Both the position numbers and the translations under genes were made by a program. A stretch of 28,769 bases of DNA from Myxococcota bacterium (GTDB taxonomy: Bacteria; Myxococcota_A; UBA796; CAJQPC01), in assembly GCA_036012755.1 (NCBI GenBank), contig DASCPX010000146.1, positions 1-28,769 on the forward strand, given 5' to 3'. Below are positions 8,744 to 19,424 of this stretch, in pieces. The stretch's first letter is position 1. Every line of letters begins with the position of its first letter. The notes under the pieces are model-generated. The model did not search any database. It worked only from the letters and a program-made list of their open reading frames with translations, and had not been told where the DNA came from.

Positions 8744-10209
8744 TCTCCGAGGGCCCTGAGGACCCGCAACAGCGCGATGTGTGTGTAGGCCTGCGGGAAG
8801 TTGCCCAGCTGCTCGCCGCGGATCGGATCGATGTCCTCGCTGTAGAGCCCCAGCGGGTTCGAGAAGCTGCGGAAGTTCGCCAGCAGCTTGCGGGCCCTGT
8901 CCTGCTGTCCGGCTCGCGCGATGGACTCGATCCACCACAGGGTGCAGGTGGAGAAGGTGCTCGTCGTCTGGCCGAAGTCGTCGTCGGCGACGTAGCGCTT
9001 CATGAGCCCATCGACGACGAGGTGGTCCTCGCAGCGCGCGATGGTCTCCAGCATGCGGGGATCGTCCGGCTCGACGACACCGAGCAGACCGAAGAGCAGG
9101 GAGCTGGCGTCCGGCACCTCGCGCTCCAGGGACTGGGGGAACCAGGGGCGGTCCAGCAGGCGGGCGAAGTGGGACTCCGAGCCAAGGTCCTCGCCCAGCA
9201 ACTCCTCCGCCGCTCGCAGGCCGAGGCCGACCCAGAGCTGCGTGTGGAGGTGGACCGCGGGTCGCTCGCGGAACTCCCAGATGCCGTTGTCGGGCACCCA
9301 CGGGCGGAGCTCACCGGCGATGGCTCGGAGCCAGTCGAGGTCCCTGCGCCAGTCCAGGCGCTGGGCGAGCCAGAGGATCTGACCGGGGGCGTCCAGCTGG
9401 ATCTGGGTGGCCGCCGCGTTGCCGACACGGACGGGGCCGTTGCCCTCCCAGCCACACCAGTGCTCCAGGACCCGCTCCGGCAGCGAGGTCTCCCCGCCGA
9501 GGCCATAGAGCGGCTGCACCGGCGGCCCCACGTGTCGATGCAGAAAGGCCAGGAACCGACTCGCCTCTTCGGTGGCGCCCAGCGAGGCGAGCACCTCCGC
9601 CGCGAAGCACCCGTCGCGCACCCAGGCGTAGCGGTAGTCCCAGTTGCGTACCTCGCCTCTGGCCTCTGGGATCGAGGTCGTCGCCGCGGCGGCGATGCCA
9701 CCATCGACGTGCTGCAGCAGCCTCAGGACCAGCGCGCTGCGGGAGTCCGGTGTGTCCACTCTCGCCAGCCACTCCCGGTCTTGGGTCACCGCGCGGTGGA
9801 GGCGCTCCGGGTAGGTCTCCACCGTGACCAGATCCTCCGCCTCGCCGCCGAGCCCGTAGCCAGGCCTGGGCTCGTCCTCCCAGAGGAGCTCCGGGTGGCC
9901 CTCGACGATCTCGACGTGGCGGTGGAGTCGACCCGAGGAGGCATGGTCGAAGAGCGCGACGTGTCCGCCGTCGACCTCGAGCAGCGTGCGCAGGACGTTT
10001 GTGCCCTCGATGTAGGACTGTTCGCGACCGATCGCTCCGACCAGCCCGTGGTGGCCCCCGTCCGGGTCCAGCAGCGAGCCGTAGTGGGAGGGCCCGTCGA
10101 AGCGTGGATGACAGAGCCACCGCAGGACCCCGGAGGAGTCGATCAGCGCCAGGATGCGGCCGTCTCCGACCACACCGAGGCTGCCGCGCCTGTCATCCCG
10201 ATGCGCCAC
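8740..10209 (-). CDS. Glycoside hydrolase family 15 (trehalase/glucoamylase-like)
   Basis: WLCHPRFDGPS, AAATTSIPE...RNWDYRYAWVRD, PVRVGNAA..QIQLD, GIWEFR, GLYSEDID, GNFPQAYTH. Start uncertain (GTG 10209 chosen; ORF extends to 10278). Confidence 0.9.
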   Translation of the reverse strand: MAHRDDRRGSLGVVGDGRILALIDSSGVLRWLCHPRFDGPSHYGSLLDPDGGHHGLVGAIGREQSYIEGTNVLRTLLEVDGGHVALFDHASSGRLHRHVEIVEGHPELLWEDEPRPGYGLGGEAEDLVTVETYPERLHRAVTQDREWLARVDTPDSRSALVLRLLQHVDGGIAAAATTSIPEARGEVRNWDYRYAWVRDGCFAAEVLASLGATEEASRFLAFLHRHVGPPVQPLYGLGGETSLPERVLEHWCGWEGNGPVRVGNAAATQIQLDAPGQILWLAQRLDWRRDLDWLRAIAGELRPWVPDNGIWEFRERPAVHLHTQLWVGLGLRAAEELLGEDLGSESHFARLLDRPWFPQSLEREVPDASSLLFGLLGVVEPDDPRMLETIARCEDHLVVDGLMKRYVADDDFGQTTSTFSTCTLWWIESIARAGQQDRARKLLANFRSFSNPLGLYSEDIDPIRGEQLGNFPQAYTHIALLRVLRALGE

Positions 10210-10264
10210 GACACGGCTTAGCGCGATGGCGATGTCCGGGCTGTCGTCGATGGGGCCTGGCGTC

Positions 10265-11817
<1,553 letters not shown>

Positions 11818-11818
<1 letters not shown>

Positions 11819-14800
11819 CACTTGGCGGCGACGAAGACCCTGGACTCCAGCTCGCGGCGCTTGTCCGCGACCCGGCGGGCGAGCTCGGCGCGGGCATCGA
11901 GCTCCCGGCCGAGCTCCTCCTGGACCAGCCGGAGCTTGTGGTCGTAGGTCCGGACCCGGATGCCGATGGTGCCACCGGGATTGTTGGCGTCGAGGTCGTG
12001 GAGGGCTGACCAGGGCGCCTTCGCCGTCTTCACGATCTGGTCGATGAGGCCGTAGATCGGCGCGTCGTGGCCGCACTTGAAGCTGGAGAGGTCCAACAGC
12101 GCCACGTTGGGGTGGCGGGCCGCGAAGCGCGCGGCCCAGACCTTCTGGACCGAGTTCGCGGAGTAGTTCTCTGGCCAGACATCGCGGATGTCGTGGGGGT
12201 CCACCTCGCCGAAGAAGCGGGCCAGCCAGGCCCGGTCCCGCGGGATGCTTCGGATGCTCAGGACGGGGTAGCCGAGCAGCTGGAACTCCTCGGGGATGCC
12301 GTGGTGCAGACCGGGATCGTTGTGGTACGGCCGGCCGATCACCAGGATGGCGACCCGACGCTCTCGCTCCACCTGCTCGAGGATCTCGAGGCCGCGGGCC
12401 TGCATGCGGCGGTCGAACTCCGCCAGGGCGGCGAAGCCCTCGTCGACGGCGTGGTCGGACTCGTCGACCGTGATGCCCAGGCGGGGGCCCCAGGTGTCGA
12501 ACAGCCTCTTGTTCAGCAGGTTCCTCTCCATGAAGGTCACGGCGTCGTCGACGTACTCGACGCCAGCTCTCGCGAAGAAGTCGACCTCCTTGGTGAAGGC
12601 GGAGCGGATCACCTTCGGAGAGCCAGCCACCACCGGACAGCTGGTGTTGTCCATCGTGTGGGTGACCCAGCTCGGGACGTGGGTGATGACCGGGTAGTAG
12701 AGGTAGTCCAGCGGCCGCTGGAGCAGCTCGTGGACGTGGGCCTGGATGACCTTGCTCGGGAAGCAGGGGTCGATGGAGCCGTAGCGCCCGCCCCTGGTCC
12801 ACATCGCCTCGGAGGTGGGGCCGGACCAGACGAGGTTCCCGGGGGGGAGGCCAAGGGTCTCGAAGTAGGTCCGGAAGAAGGGGCCCACCGAGTAGAGGTT
12901 CATCACCCGGGGCATGCCGATGCGGAGCTTGGACAGGTCCGCTCCGCTCCTGGAGAAGCCACGGTGCAGAGCGCGGCGAGCCAGGCGGTACCAGCGCTTC
13001 TTCACCACCTTCACGTCGCGCTTGTTGGAGCCGGCGGCTGGGAGCGGCCGCGGGGTGTAGAAGCGCTCGAAGGCCAGGCGGGCCTCGAGCTCGACGAGGT
13101 TCGGGTGCTGCTTTCGAAGACGGTTTCGACCCCGCGCGAGCTGCTTCAGCGCCTCCTGGCTCTCCACCGTGCCCTGCTCGCAAGAGAACCCGGAGATGTA
13201 GCGGCTGTTCCGCCCGTCCGGGGTCCTCGTGTCGATGAAGGTGCGGCTGCAGGCGTTCGGGCAGAAGTTGCAGGTGGTGCTGTCGTCCCTGGTCGTGGTG
13301 TAGGCGAGCCCGATGGCGGCCTCCAGCCCGATGAAGGAGCTCTCGCCTCGCTGATCGACGACCCGCCGAGCCTCCATCGCCGCCCCTATGGCGCCGGCCT
13401 CGCCGCAGTGGGGGTGCACGACGACGCGGGCATCGGGCACGCGTCGGCGGATGTAGTCGACCTGCGCCTTCACGGCTGCGAGGTTCTTCTGGGTGCCGCC
13501 CTGCAGCACGAAGACCCGACCGAACTCCGCCAGGCGAGGCACGGCCACGACGTACTGCCAGATGTTCTTCGGCAGCACCTGGGCCAGGCCCGCGAGCATC
13601 TGCTCCCGCGAGAAGCCCTCCTTCTGGAAGTTCACCCGGTCCGCGTCCAGGAAGACCGCGCAGCCGTAGCTGAAGCGGGGGGCCATCGGGGCACCGAAGG
13701 CGACCTCGGCGTAGTCCTCGAGGGGCACCCCGAACTGGTCGGCCATGGCCTGCAGCAGCATGCCGTTTCCAGCGGAGCACTGGTTGCTCAGGCGGAAGTC
13801 GCGAACGTCCCGGCCGCCCTCGCGGTCCGGGGTGAGGAACAGCACCTTGATGTCCTGGCCCCCGATGTCGCAGACCACGTCGGCGTCTGGGACGAAGCGC
13901 ACGGCGCTCTGGAGGTGGGCGATGGTCTCGACGATGTCGACGTCGGCCTTCATCGACTCTGCGAGCACCTTCGCGGCGTAGCCTGTGGCGCCGAAGCCCG
14001 TCGTCTGCAGCTCGGCCCCTTGTCCGAGCACGAAGTCCCGCAGCTCGGCGAGCAGCTCTCGCGCGTCCTCGATGGGGTTGCCCTTGGAGAGGATGTAGGC
14101 CTTCTGGAGGATCTCGCCGGTGTCGTGGTCGAGCAGCACGGCCTTGCTCGAGGTGCTCCCGCCGTCGACGCCGATGACCGCGCGCACACGCTGGCCCGCC
14201 TCGAAGCGCGCCGGGGAAAACGGCGGGATGCGGTAGCTCTCCGAAAACGCGGCGAGCTCCTCTGGGCTCGAGACCAGCGGCTCGTTGGCCGAGGCCGCCT
14301 CTGTTGCCCCGCGGCCGCTGTCGATGGCCGCATCGAGGCCGTCGAGGCCGGGGTAGAAGAGGGGCTCGCCGTCACCGAGGCCAAAGACCACCGCTCCGAA
14401 GGCGGCATAGAGGCTGGCGTTTTCGGGCGCGAAGACGAGCTCCTCGACCGGCACCTCGGCGGCTGTGTGCCCCCGGGCCCTCCAGGTCTCCGGGATGCGC
14501 AGGCGCCAGCAGTCCACCAGGAAGGGCAGGTAGGTGTTCGGACCGCCCAGGAGCAGCACCCGGTCACGCAGGGTGTTGCCCCGGGTCAGCACAGAGAGGT
14601 TCTGGTGCACGATGGCATCGGCCAGCGAGTTCATGACCTCGGCTGCGGGGACGCCGCTCTTCAGCAGGTTGACCACGTCGGTCTCGGCGAAGACCCCGCA
14701 CTTGGCCGCGACGTGGTGCAGGCGGCTCGGGTCGAACTCGAGGCGCTGGAGCTCCTCTGCGGTCATGCCGACCTTGAGCATGCACTTGTCGATGGTGGCG

Positions 14801-15219
14801 CCGGTGCCGGAGGCGCACTTGTCGTTCATCGAGGTGATGGCTCGCTTCTCGACGCTGCCGTCGGCTCGGACGCGCTCTCGGAAGATGATGATCTTGGCGT
14901 CCTGACCGCCGAGCTCGATGACGCTGCCGACGTCGGCGTGGAGCTGTCGCACCGCGAAGGTGACGGCGTTGACTTCCTGCACGAAGCGCCCGCCGAGGGG
15001 CTCGACCAGCGGTCCGCTGCCGCTGCCGGTGAGGAAGACCTGGATCGTCCCAGCGTCGGGGAAGGCCACGCCGATGCGGACGAGGAAGTCCCGGACGACC
15101 TCGGCCTGCCGCGTCTCGTGGCGCTTGTAGTCGCTCCACAGGATCTCGAGGCCCACCGGGTCGCAGACCACCGCTTTCACGGTCGTGGAGCCGACGTCGA
15201 TGCCGATGGCCAGGTGCAC
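11818..15219 (-). CDS. CoA-substrate-specific enzyme activase, BadF/BadG/BcrA/BcrD ATPase family: two ASKHA domains plus DUF2229-like domain (PlsA-like architecture)
   Basis: Domain 1 GIDVGSTTVK, ELGGQDAK, MNDKCASGTG, KCGVFAE; domain 2 GVDGGSTSSK, DIGGQDIK, NQCSAGNG, GCAVF; linker CNFCPNAC...SCE; C-terminal DPCFPSK, GRPYH, SFKCGHD. GTG 15219 chosen (ORF extends to 15264). Confidence 0.9.
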
Positions 15220-15230
15220 GCGGGATCCGA

Positions 15231-15250
15231 TGGACTGACACGTCAGTCTA
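15231..15250. promoter_or_regulatory. Palindromic operator, probably for the adjacent TetR
   Basis: TGGACTGAC-AC-GTCAGTCTA between the divergent activase and tetR starts; contains a minus-strand -10-like TAGACT (15250-15245). Confidence 0.7.
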
Positions 15251-15275
15251 GTGGCGGAGGACATACCATGCCGGC

Positions 15276-15848
15276 GTGTCCGGTGAGTCCCGCAGCGCGC
15301 AGATCCTGAAAGCGGCCCGCGTGGTCTTCGCCCGGCGTGGCTACCACGCCGCCGGGGTCTCCGACATCGTGGAAGAGGCCGGGGTCGCCCGGGGGACCTT
15401 CTACAACTACTTCGAGTCCAAGCGCGCGGTCTTCCAGGCCGTGCTCATCGCGCTCATGGACGAGGTCGTGGCGGTCGTGGTGCCCATCGACGTGAGCCGG
15501 CCCATCGTCCCCCAGGTGCGGGTCAACATCGAGCGCGTCGTCGCCGCCGCCATGGACGAGGAGGTCGCGCGGCTGCTCTTCGCCGAGGCCTCTGGTGTGG
15601 ACGAGGAGGCGGACGCAGCCCTGCGGGCCTTCTACGGCGCCGCGGCGGCCCGCATCCACAAGGCGCTGCGCGATGGCGTGGCGCTCGGGATCGTGCGCGA
15701 CGGCGATCTGGAGGTCACCGCGCGCTGCTTGCTCGGAATGGTCCAGATGCCCGTCTTCCTCGCCTCTCTGGGCTTCGAGACCCTGGAGCCCGAGCGGCTG
15801 GTGGACGAGCTCGAGGCGCTCTTGCAGGGGGGAATCCTGGCGGTCTGA
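15276..15848 (+). CDS. TetR/AcrR family transcriptional regulator
   Basis: ILKAARVVFARRGYHAAGVSDIVEEAGVARGTFYNYFESK helix-turn-helix signature. Confidence 0.93.
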   Translation: MSGESRSAQILKAARVVFARRGYHAAGVSDIVEEAGVARGTFYNYFESKRAVFQAVLIALMDEVVAVVVPIDVSRPIVPQVRVNIERVVAAAMDEEVARLLFAEASGVDEEADAALRAFYGAAAARIHKALRDGVALGIVRDGDLEVTARCLLGMVQMPVFLASLGFETLEPERLVDELEALLQGGILAV

Positions 15849-15861
15849 GGCCGCACAGGGT

Positions 15862-16287
15862 TCAGTGGACTCCGCCTCGGCGGTACAGCGCCCGCATCGT
15901 GCGGGCGAGGTGGCGGATCATCGCGCGAGCGAAGCCGGGCTGAGAGCGGATCAGGCGCTCGTAGGGGGCCTTGTCCAGCGCGGCGAGTCGCACCTCTCCG
16001 CGGGCGTCGACTGTCGCGGTGCGGGGCTCGTCGTCGGCGATACCGATGAAGCCGATGAGGTCTGGGGGCTCGAGGGTCGCCACGATGATGTTGTTGCGGC
16101 TCACCACGATGTTCCCCTCGAGGAGGAAGAAGCAGCGCCCGGGCTGTGCGCCGGCCTCGATGATGCGTGTCCCGTCGCCGTGGCGCTCGAAGGTCAGCGC
16201 CGATTCGAGCGCGGTGCGCTCCAGCTCGTGAAGGGTCGCGAACAGCGGGAGGGTGCCCAACAGGGCGCGGTCGGCGTCGCTCAGCAT
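15862..16287 (-). CDS. Stand-alone cyclic nucleotide-binding domain protein (no HTH)
   Basis: LPLFATL, IIEAGAQPGRCFFLLEG, IGFIGIADDEPRTATVDA phosphate-binding cassette; 141 aa. Confidence 0.85.
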   Translation of the reverse strand: MLSDADRALLGTLPLFATLHELERTALESALTFERHGDGTRIIEAGAQPGRCFFLLEGNIVVSRNNIIVATLEPPDLIGFIGIADDEPRTATVDARGEVRLAALDKAPYERLIRSQPGFARAMIRHLARTMRALYRRGGVH

Positions 16288-16291
16288 GGAC

Positions 16292-16313
16292 GGAGCCTAC
16301 CGCGATAGGCTCC
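16292..16313. promoter_or_regulatory. Palindrome with back-to-back -10-like hexamers (putative bidirectional promoter)
   Basis: GGAGCCTA-CCGCGA-TAGGCTCC fills most of the 34-bp gap between the cNMP gene and eutB; TAGGCT occurs on both strands. Confidence 0.55.
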
Positions 16314-16321
16314 CCTCCCTC

Positions 16322-17683
16322 ATGAAGCTCTCGGCCACCATTCGCGGCACGACGTGGTCCTTCTCGGATCTGCGCGAGGTGCTCGCAAAGGCCAACCCGC
16401 CGAAGTCCGGTGACGATCTCGCAGGGGTGTCGGCGCGCGAGCCCATCGAGCGCGTGGCGGCTCGGGCCGTGATCTCGGAGACGAGCCTGGCAGAGCTCCG
16501 CGAGAACCCTGTTGTTCCCTATGAGATCGACGAGATCACCCGGCTGGTGGAGGACGACCTCGACGAGCAGGCTTTCACGGCGGTGAAGCACCTCTCGGTG
16601 GCCGAGTTCCGCCAGTGGTTGCTGGATGATCGGACCTCTGGCGAGGACATGCGCAGCGTCGCGGCGGGCCTGACCCCGGAGATGGCAAGCGCGGTCTGCA
16701 AGCTGATGTCCAACATGGACCTGCTGGTCGTCGGAGCGAAGGCTCGGGTGGTCGTGCGGGCCAACACCACCCTCGGCCTGCCGGGCCGCCTCTCGTCACG
16801 GCTGCAGCCGAACCACCCCACCGACTCGGTGGAGGGCATCCTCTACAGCACGCGCGAGGGGCTCAGCTACGGCTGCGGGGACGCGGTCATCGGCGTGAAC
16901 CCTGCCACCGACTCGCCGGAGAGCACCGCAGAGATCCTCCGGGAGCTCGACGCCCTGGTGAGGACCAACGGCGTCCCGACGCAGCAATGCGTCTTGAGCC
17001 ACGTCACGGTGCAGTGCAAGGCCCTGGACCTGGGCTGCCCCATGGACCTGATGTTCCAGTCACTGGCTGGCTCCGAGAAGGCCAACGAGGCCTTCGGCAT
17101 CTCGGTCAGCTTGATGGACGAGGCCCACGACAAGATGCAGTCCATGGGCACCACCCGCGGGCCCAACTGCATGTACTTCGAGACCGGGCAGGGCAGCGCG
17201 CTCTCGAGCGACGCCCACCACGGCGCGGACCAGCTCACGATGGAGGCGCGCTGCTACGGCTTCGCCCGGCGCTACCGGCCGTTCTTGGTGAACACCGTCG
17301 TGGGCTTCATCGGACCCGAGTACCTCGAGGACGGGCCGCAGATCACGCGGGCGGCGCTGGAGGACCACTTCATGGGCAAGCTCCTGGGCCTGCCCATGGG
17401 CTGTGACGCCTGCTTCACCTACCACGCACGCATGAGCCAGGACGAGCTGGAGTCGCTGAAGGTGCTGCTCGGGGCTGCCGGGTGTGCCTTCCTCATGTCG
17501 ATGCCGGTGGGCGACGACATCATGCTGAACTACCAGTCGACGAGCTACCACGACGTGCCCTCTGTGAGGGGGCTCTTGAAGAAGCGACCCACCCCGGAGT
17601 TCGACGCGTGGCTCTCCAAGGTCGGCATCATGGACGGCGACAAGCCAGGCGAGCGCTTCGGTGACGTGCGGGTGATCCGATGA
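16322..17683 (+). CDS. eutB: Ethanolamine ammonia-lyase large subunit (453 aa)
   Basis: LAKANPPKSGD, PYEIDEITRL, GLTPEMASAVCKLMSNMDL, RLQPNHPTD, GDAVIGVNP, MYFETGQGS, NTVVGFIGPEYL, LEDHFMGKL, DDIMLNYQSTSYHD. Confidence 0.97.
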   Translation: MKLSATIRGTTWSFSDLREVLAKANPPKSGDDLAGVSAREPIERVAARAVISETSLAELRENPVVPYEIDEITRLVEDDLDEQAFTAVKHLSVAEFRQWLLDDRTSGEDMRSVAAGLTPEMASAVCKLMSNMDLLVVGAKARVVVRANTTLGLPGRLSSRLQPNHPTDSVEGILYSTREGLSYGCGDAVIGVNPATDSPESTAEILRELDALVRTNGVPTQQCVLSHVTVQCKALDLGCPMDLMFQSLAGSEKANEAFGISVSLMDEAHDKMQSMGTTRGPNCMYFETGQGSALSSDAHHGADQLTMEARCYGFARRYRPFLVNTVVGFIGPEYLEDGPQITRAALEDHFMGKLLGLPMGCDACFTYHARMSQDELESLKVLLGAAGCAFLMSMPVGDDIMLNYQSTSYHDVPSVRGLLKKRPTPEFDAWLSKVGIMDGDKPGERFGDVRVIR

Positions 17684-18594
17684 GCCGAACCCGTCAGCTG
17701 GTCGAAGAGCTGCGCATCGAGCTCGGCGAGCAGGCTCCCCAGAGTCCGGCCTCACCTCCGCTGGCGCCGATCGAGGCCCCACCGGTCCGGGTGAACCCGC
17801 GCCCACCGGTCCGTGACGAGCGCTTCGCGGCGGAGGCGGCGGAGCACACGACCGCGCTCGTCGGCATCGGCCGGGTAGGGACACGCTATGCCACGGCTGT
17901 GGTCCTCCAGTTCCAGGCGGAGCTGGCGGTGGCCCACGGGGCCGTCGGCGCCGTCCTTCCAGACGACTGGGCAGCCGAGCAGGGCCTGCTGTTCCTCTCG
18001 ACCCGGGTCGGCTCGCATCGCGAGTTCCTCCTGCGGCCGGACCTCGGACGGAGGCTCTCCGAGGAGTCCGCCAGGCTGTGGGAGGCGGAGGCCGACAAGG
18101 ACGTCGACATCCAACCCATCCTCGCGGACGGACTCTCGGCGGTGGCCTGCATGGGCTCGGGACCCGAGCTCCTCGCTCACTTCGTCGGTCAGTGCAAGGG
18201 CCGAGGTCTGAGCGTCGGCACCCCCGTGGTGTCCCGGTTCTCGCGAGTGTGGCTCCAGGACGAGATCGGCTCGATCGCCAGGGCGAAGGTTGCCTGCATC
18301 CTCCTCGGCGAGCGGCCGGGGCTGGGCACTGGAGACGGCCTGTCCGCCTACATGGTCTACGGACCGCACATCGGCCGGACCGACGGCGAGCGGAACATGA
18401 TCTCCAACATCCACGCCCGCGGCATCCCACCTGTGGACGCTGCCGAACGCCTCGCTTGCCTGGCCAGCGGAATGCTCGACCAGGAGACCAGCGGCGTGGA
18501 TCTCGACCTCTCCAAGATCCCTGGACTCGGGGGTGTCGGCGGCACCGCGCTGCGCGAGCCCCAGGTCCGCAAGCAGCTGGTGTCCGTGCCATGA
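17680..18594 (+). CDS. eutC: Ethanolamine ammonia-lyase small subunit
   Basis: GIGRVGTRY, FLLRPDLGRRLS, ADGLSA, LLGERPGL, LSAYM, RNMISNIH; ATGA overlap with eutB. Confidence 0.95.
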   Translation: MSRTRQLVEELRIELGEQAPQSPASPPLAPIEAPPVRVNPRPPVRDERFAAEAAEHTTALVGIGRVGTRYATAVVLQFQAELAVAHGAVGAVLPDDWAAEQGLLFLSTRVGSHREFLLRPDLGRRLSEESARLWEAEADKDVDIQPILADGLSAVACMGSGPELLAHFVGQCKGRGLSVGTPVVSRFSRVWLQDEIGSIARAKVACILLGERPGLGTGDGLSAYMVYGPHIGRTDGERNMISNIHARGIPPVDAAERLACLASGMLDQETSGVDLDLSKIPGLGGVGGTALREPQVRKQLVSVP

Positions 18595-19247
18595 GCGTGC
18601 TCGAGCCCATCTTCCCGAAGATCCTCAGCGTCCAGCGCATCCCGGGGGCCTCTCGCGCGCTGCTCGAGGCCTACGGGGCCAACCCCAGCAAGCACACGGC
18701 GCTGGGGCTGGTCACCTGCGATCAGGACGATCCCACCTACGTCGCCCTCGACGAGGCGACCAAGCACGCCGACGTGGACGTGGTCTTCGCCAAGTCCTTC
18801 TACGCCGGGGCGGCCCATGCCAGCGGCCCTCTCTCGGGCGAGATCCTCGGCGTCATCGCCTCCTCGTCCCCAGCCGAGATCGACTCCGGGCTGGACCACA
18901 TCGTGCGCACGCTGGAGCACGACGCCTGCTTCTACACGGCCAGCGAGTGCGGCGAGATCGCGGTCTTCCCCCACGTCATCGGCTCGCTCGGCGCCTACCT
19001 CTCCGCAGAGGCGGGGCTCTCTGTCGGTGACGCGATGGCCTACCTCGTCGCCCCGCCGATGGAGCACACGGTCGGCCTCGACGCGGCGCTGAAGGCCGCG
19101 GACGTGCGCGCGGCGATGGTGCTCACACCGCCCAGCGAGACCAACTTCGGCGCAGCCTTCCTCACGGGCGAGCTGCATGCCTGCGAGGCAGCAGCGAGGG
19201 CATACGCGATGGCGGTCATCGCGGTGGGGCGTGATCCGGTCGCCTAG
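18591..19247 (+). CDS. eutL: Ethanolamine utilization microcompartment shell protein, BMC-T (218 aa)
   Basis: LGLVTCDQDDPTYVALDEATKHADVDVVFAKSFYAGAAHASGPLSGE, AYLVAPPME, DAALKAADV, PPSETNFGAAFLTG; ATGA overlap with eutC. Confidence 0.93.
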   Translation: MSVLEPIFPKILSVQRIPGASRALLEAYGANPSKHTALGLVTCDQDDPTYVALDEATKHADVDVVFAKSFYAGAAHASGPLSGEILGVIASSSPAEIDSGLDHIVRTLEHDACFYTASECGEIAVFPHVIGSLGAYLSAEAGLSVGDAMAYLVAPPMEHTVGLDAALKAADVRAAMVLTPPSETNFGAAFLTGELHACEAAARAYAMAVIAVGRDPVA

Positions 19248-19255
19248 GCCTGGGG

Positions 19256-19286
19256 CGACCCGCCCACGAGCTCATGGGGAGGGTCG
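19256..19286 (+). terminator. GC-rich hairpin after eutL (no U-tract)
   Basis: CGACCC pairs with GGGTCG, inner CCCA pairs with TGGG; begins 8 nt after the eutL stop. Confidence 0.3.
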
Positions 19287-19424
19287 GCCTCGAGCAGCGC
19301 CCCCCGGCGGTGGCGCAGAGGCCGGCCAGAGCGGCACGACCAGCGCGAGCACAAGGATTACGAGCGCGACAGCGAGGCGTTTCCGCACCCACCAAGGGTC
19401 TCACGTCGAGGCTCCTGCGAGTTC

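Noticed and set aside
8744..9301. N-terminal extension of the 671-aa ORF
   Set aside because: Off-frame overlap with GH15; the membrane protein starts at GTG 8743.
11822..13780. N-terminal 650 aa of the 1171-aa ORF (apparent fusion)
   Set aside because: Arg/Pro/Gly-rich off-frame reading inside the activase gene; the real protein begins near 11818.
12067..15309. 1080-aa plus-strand ORF
   Set aside because: Antisense shadow of the activase gene, typical of high-GC codon bias; no recognisable motifs.
16288..16321. Cobalamin riboswitch or ANTAR hairpins upstream of eutB
   Set aside because: Only 34 bp of intergenic space and no B12-box or ANTAR motifs recognised.
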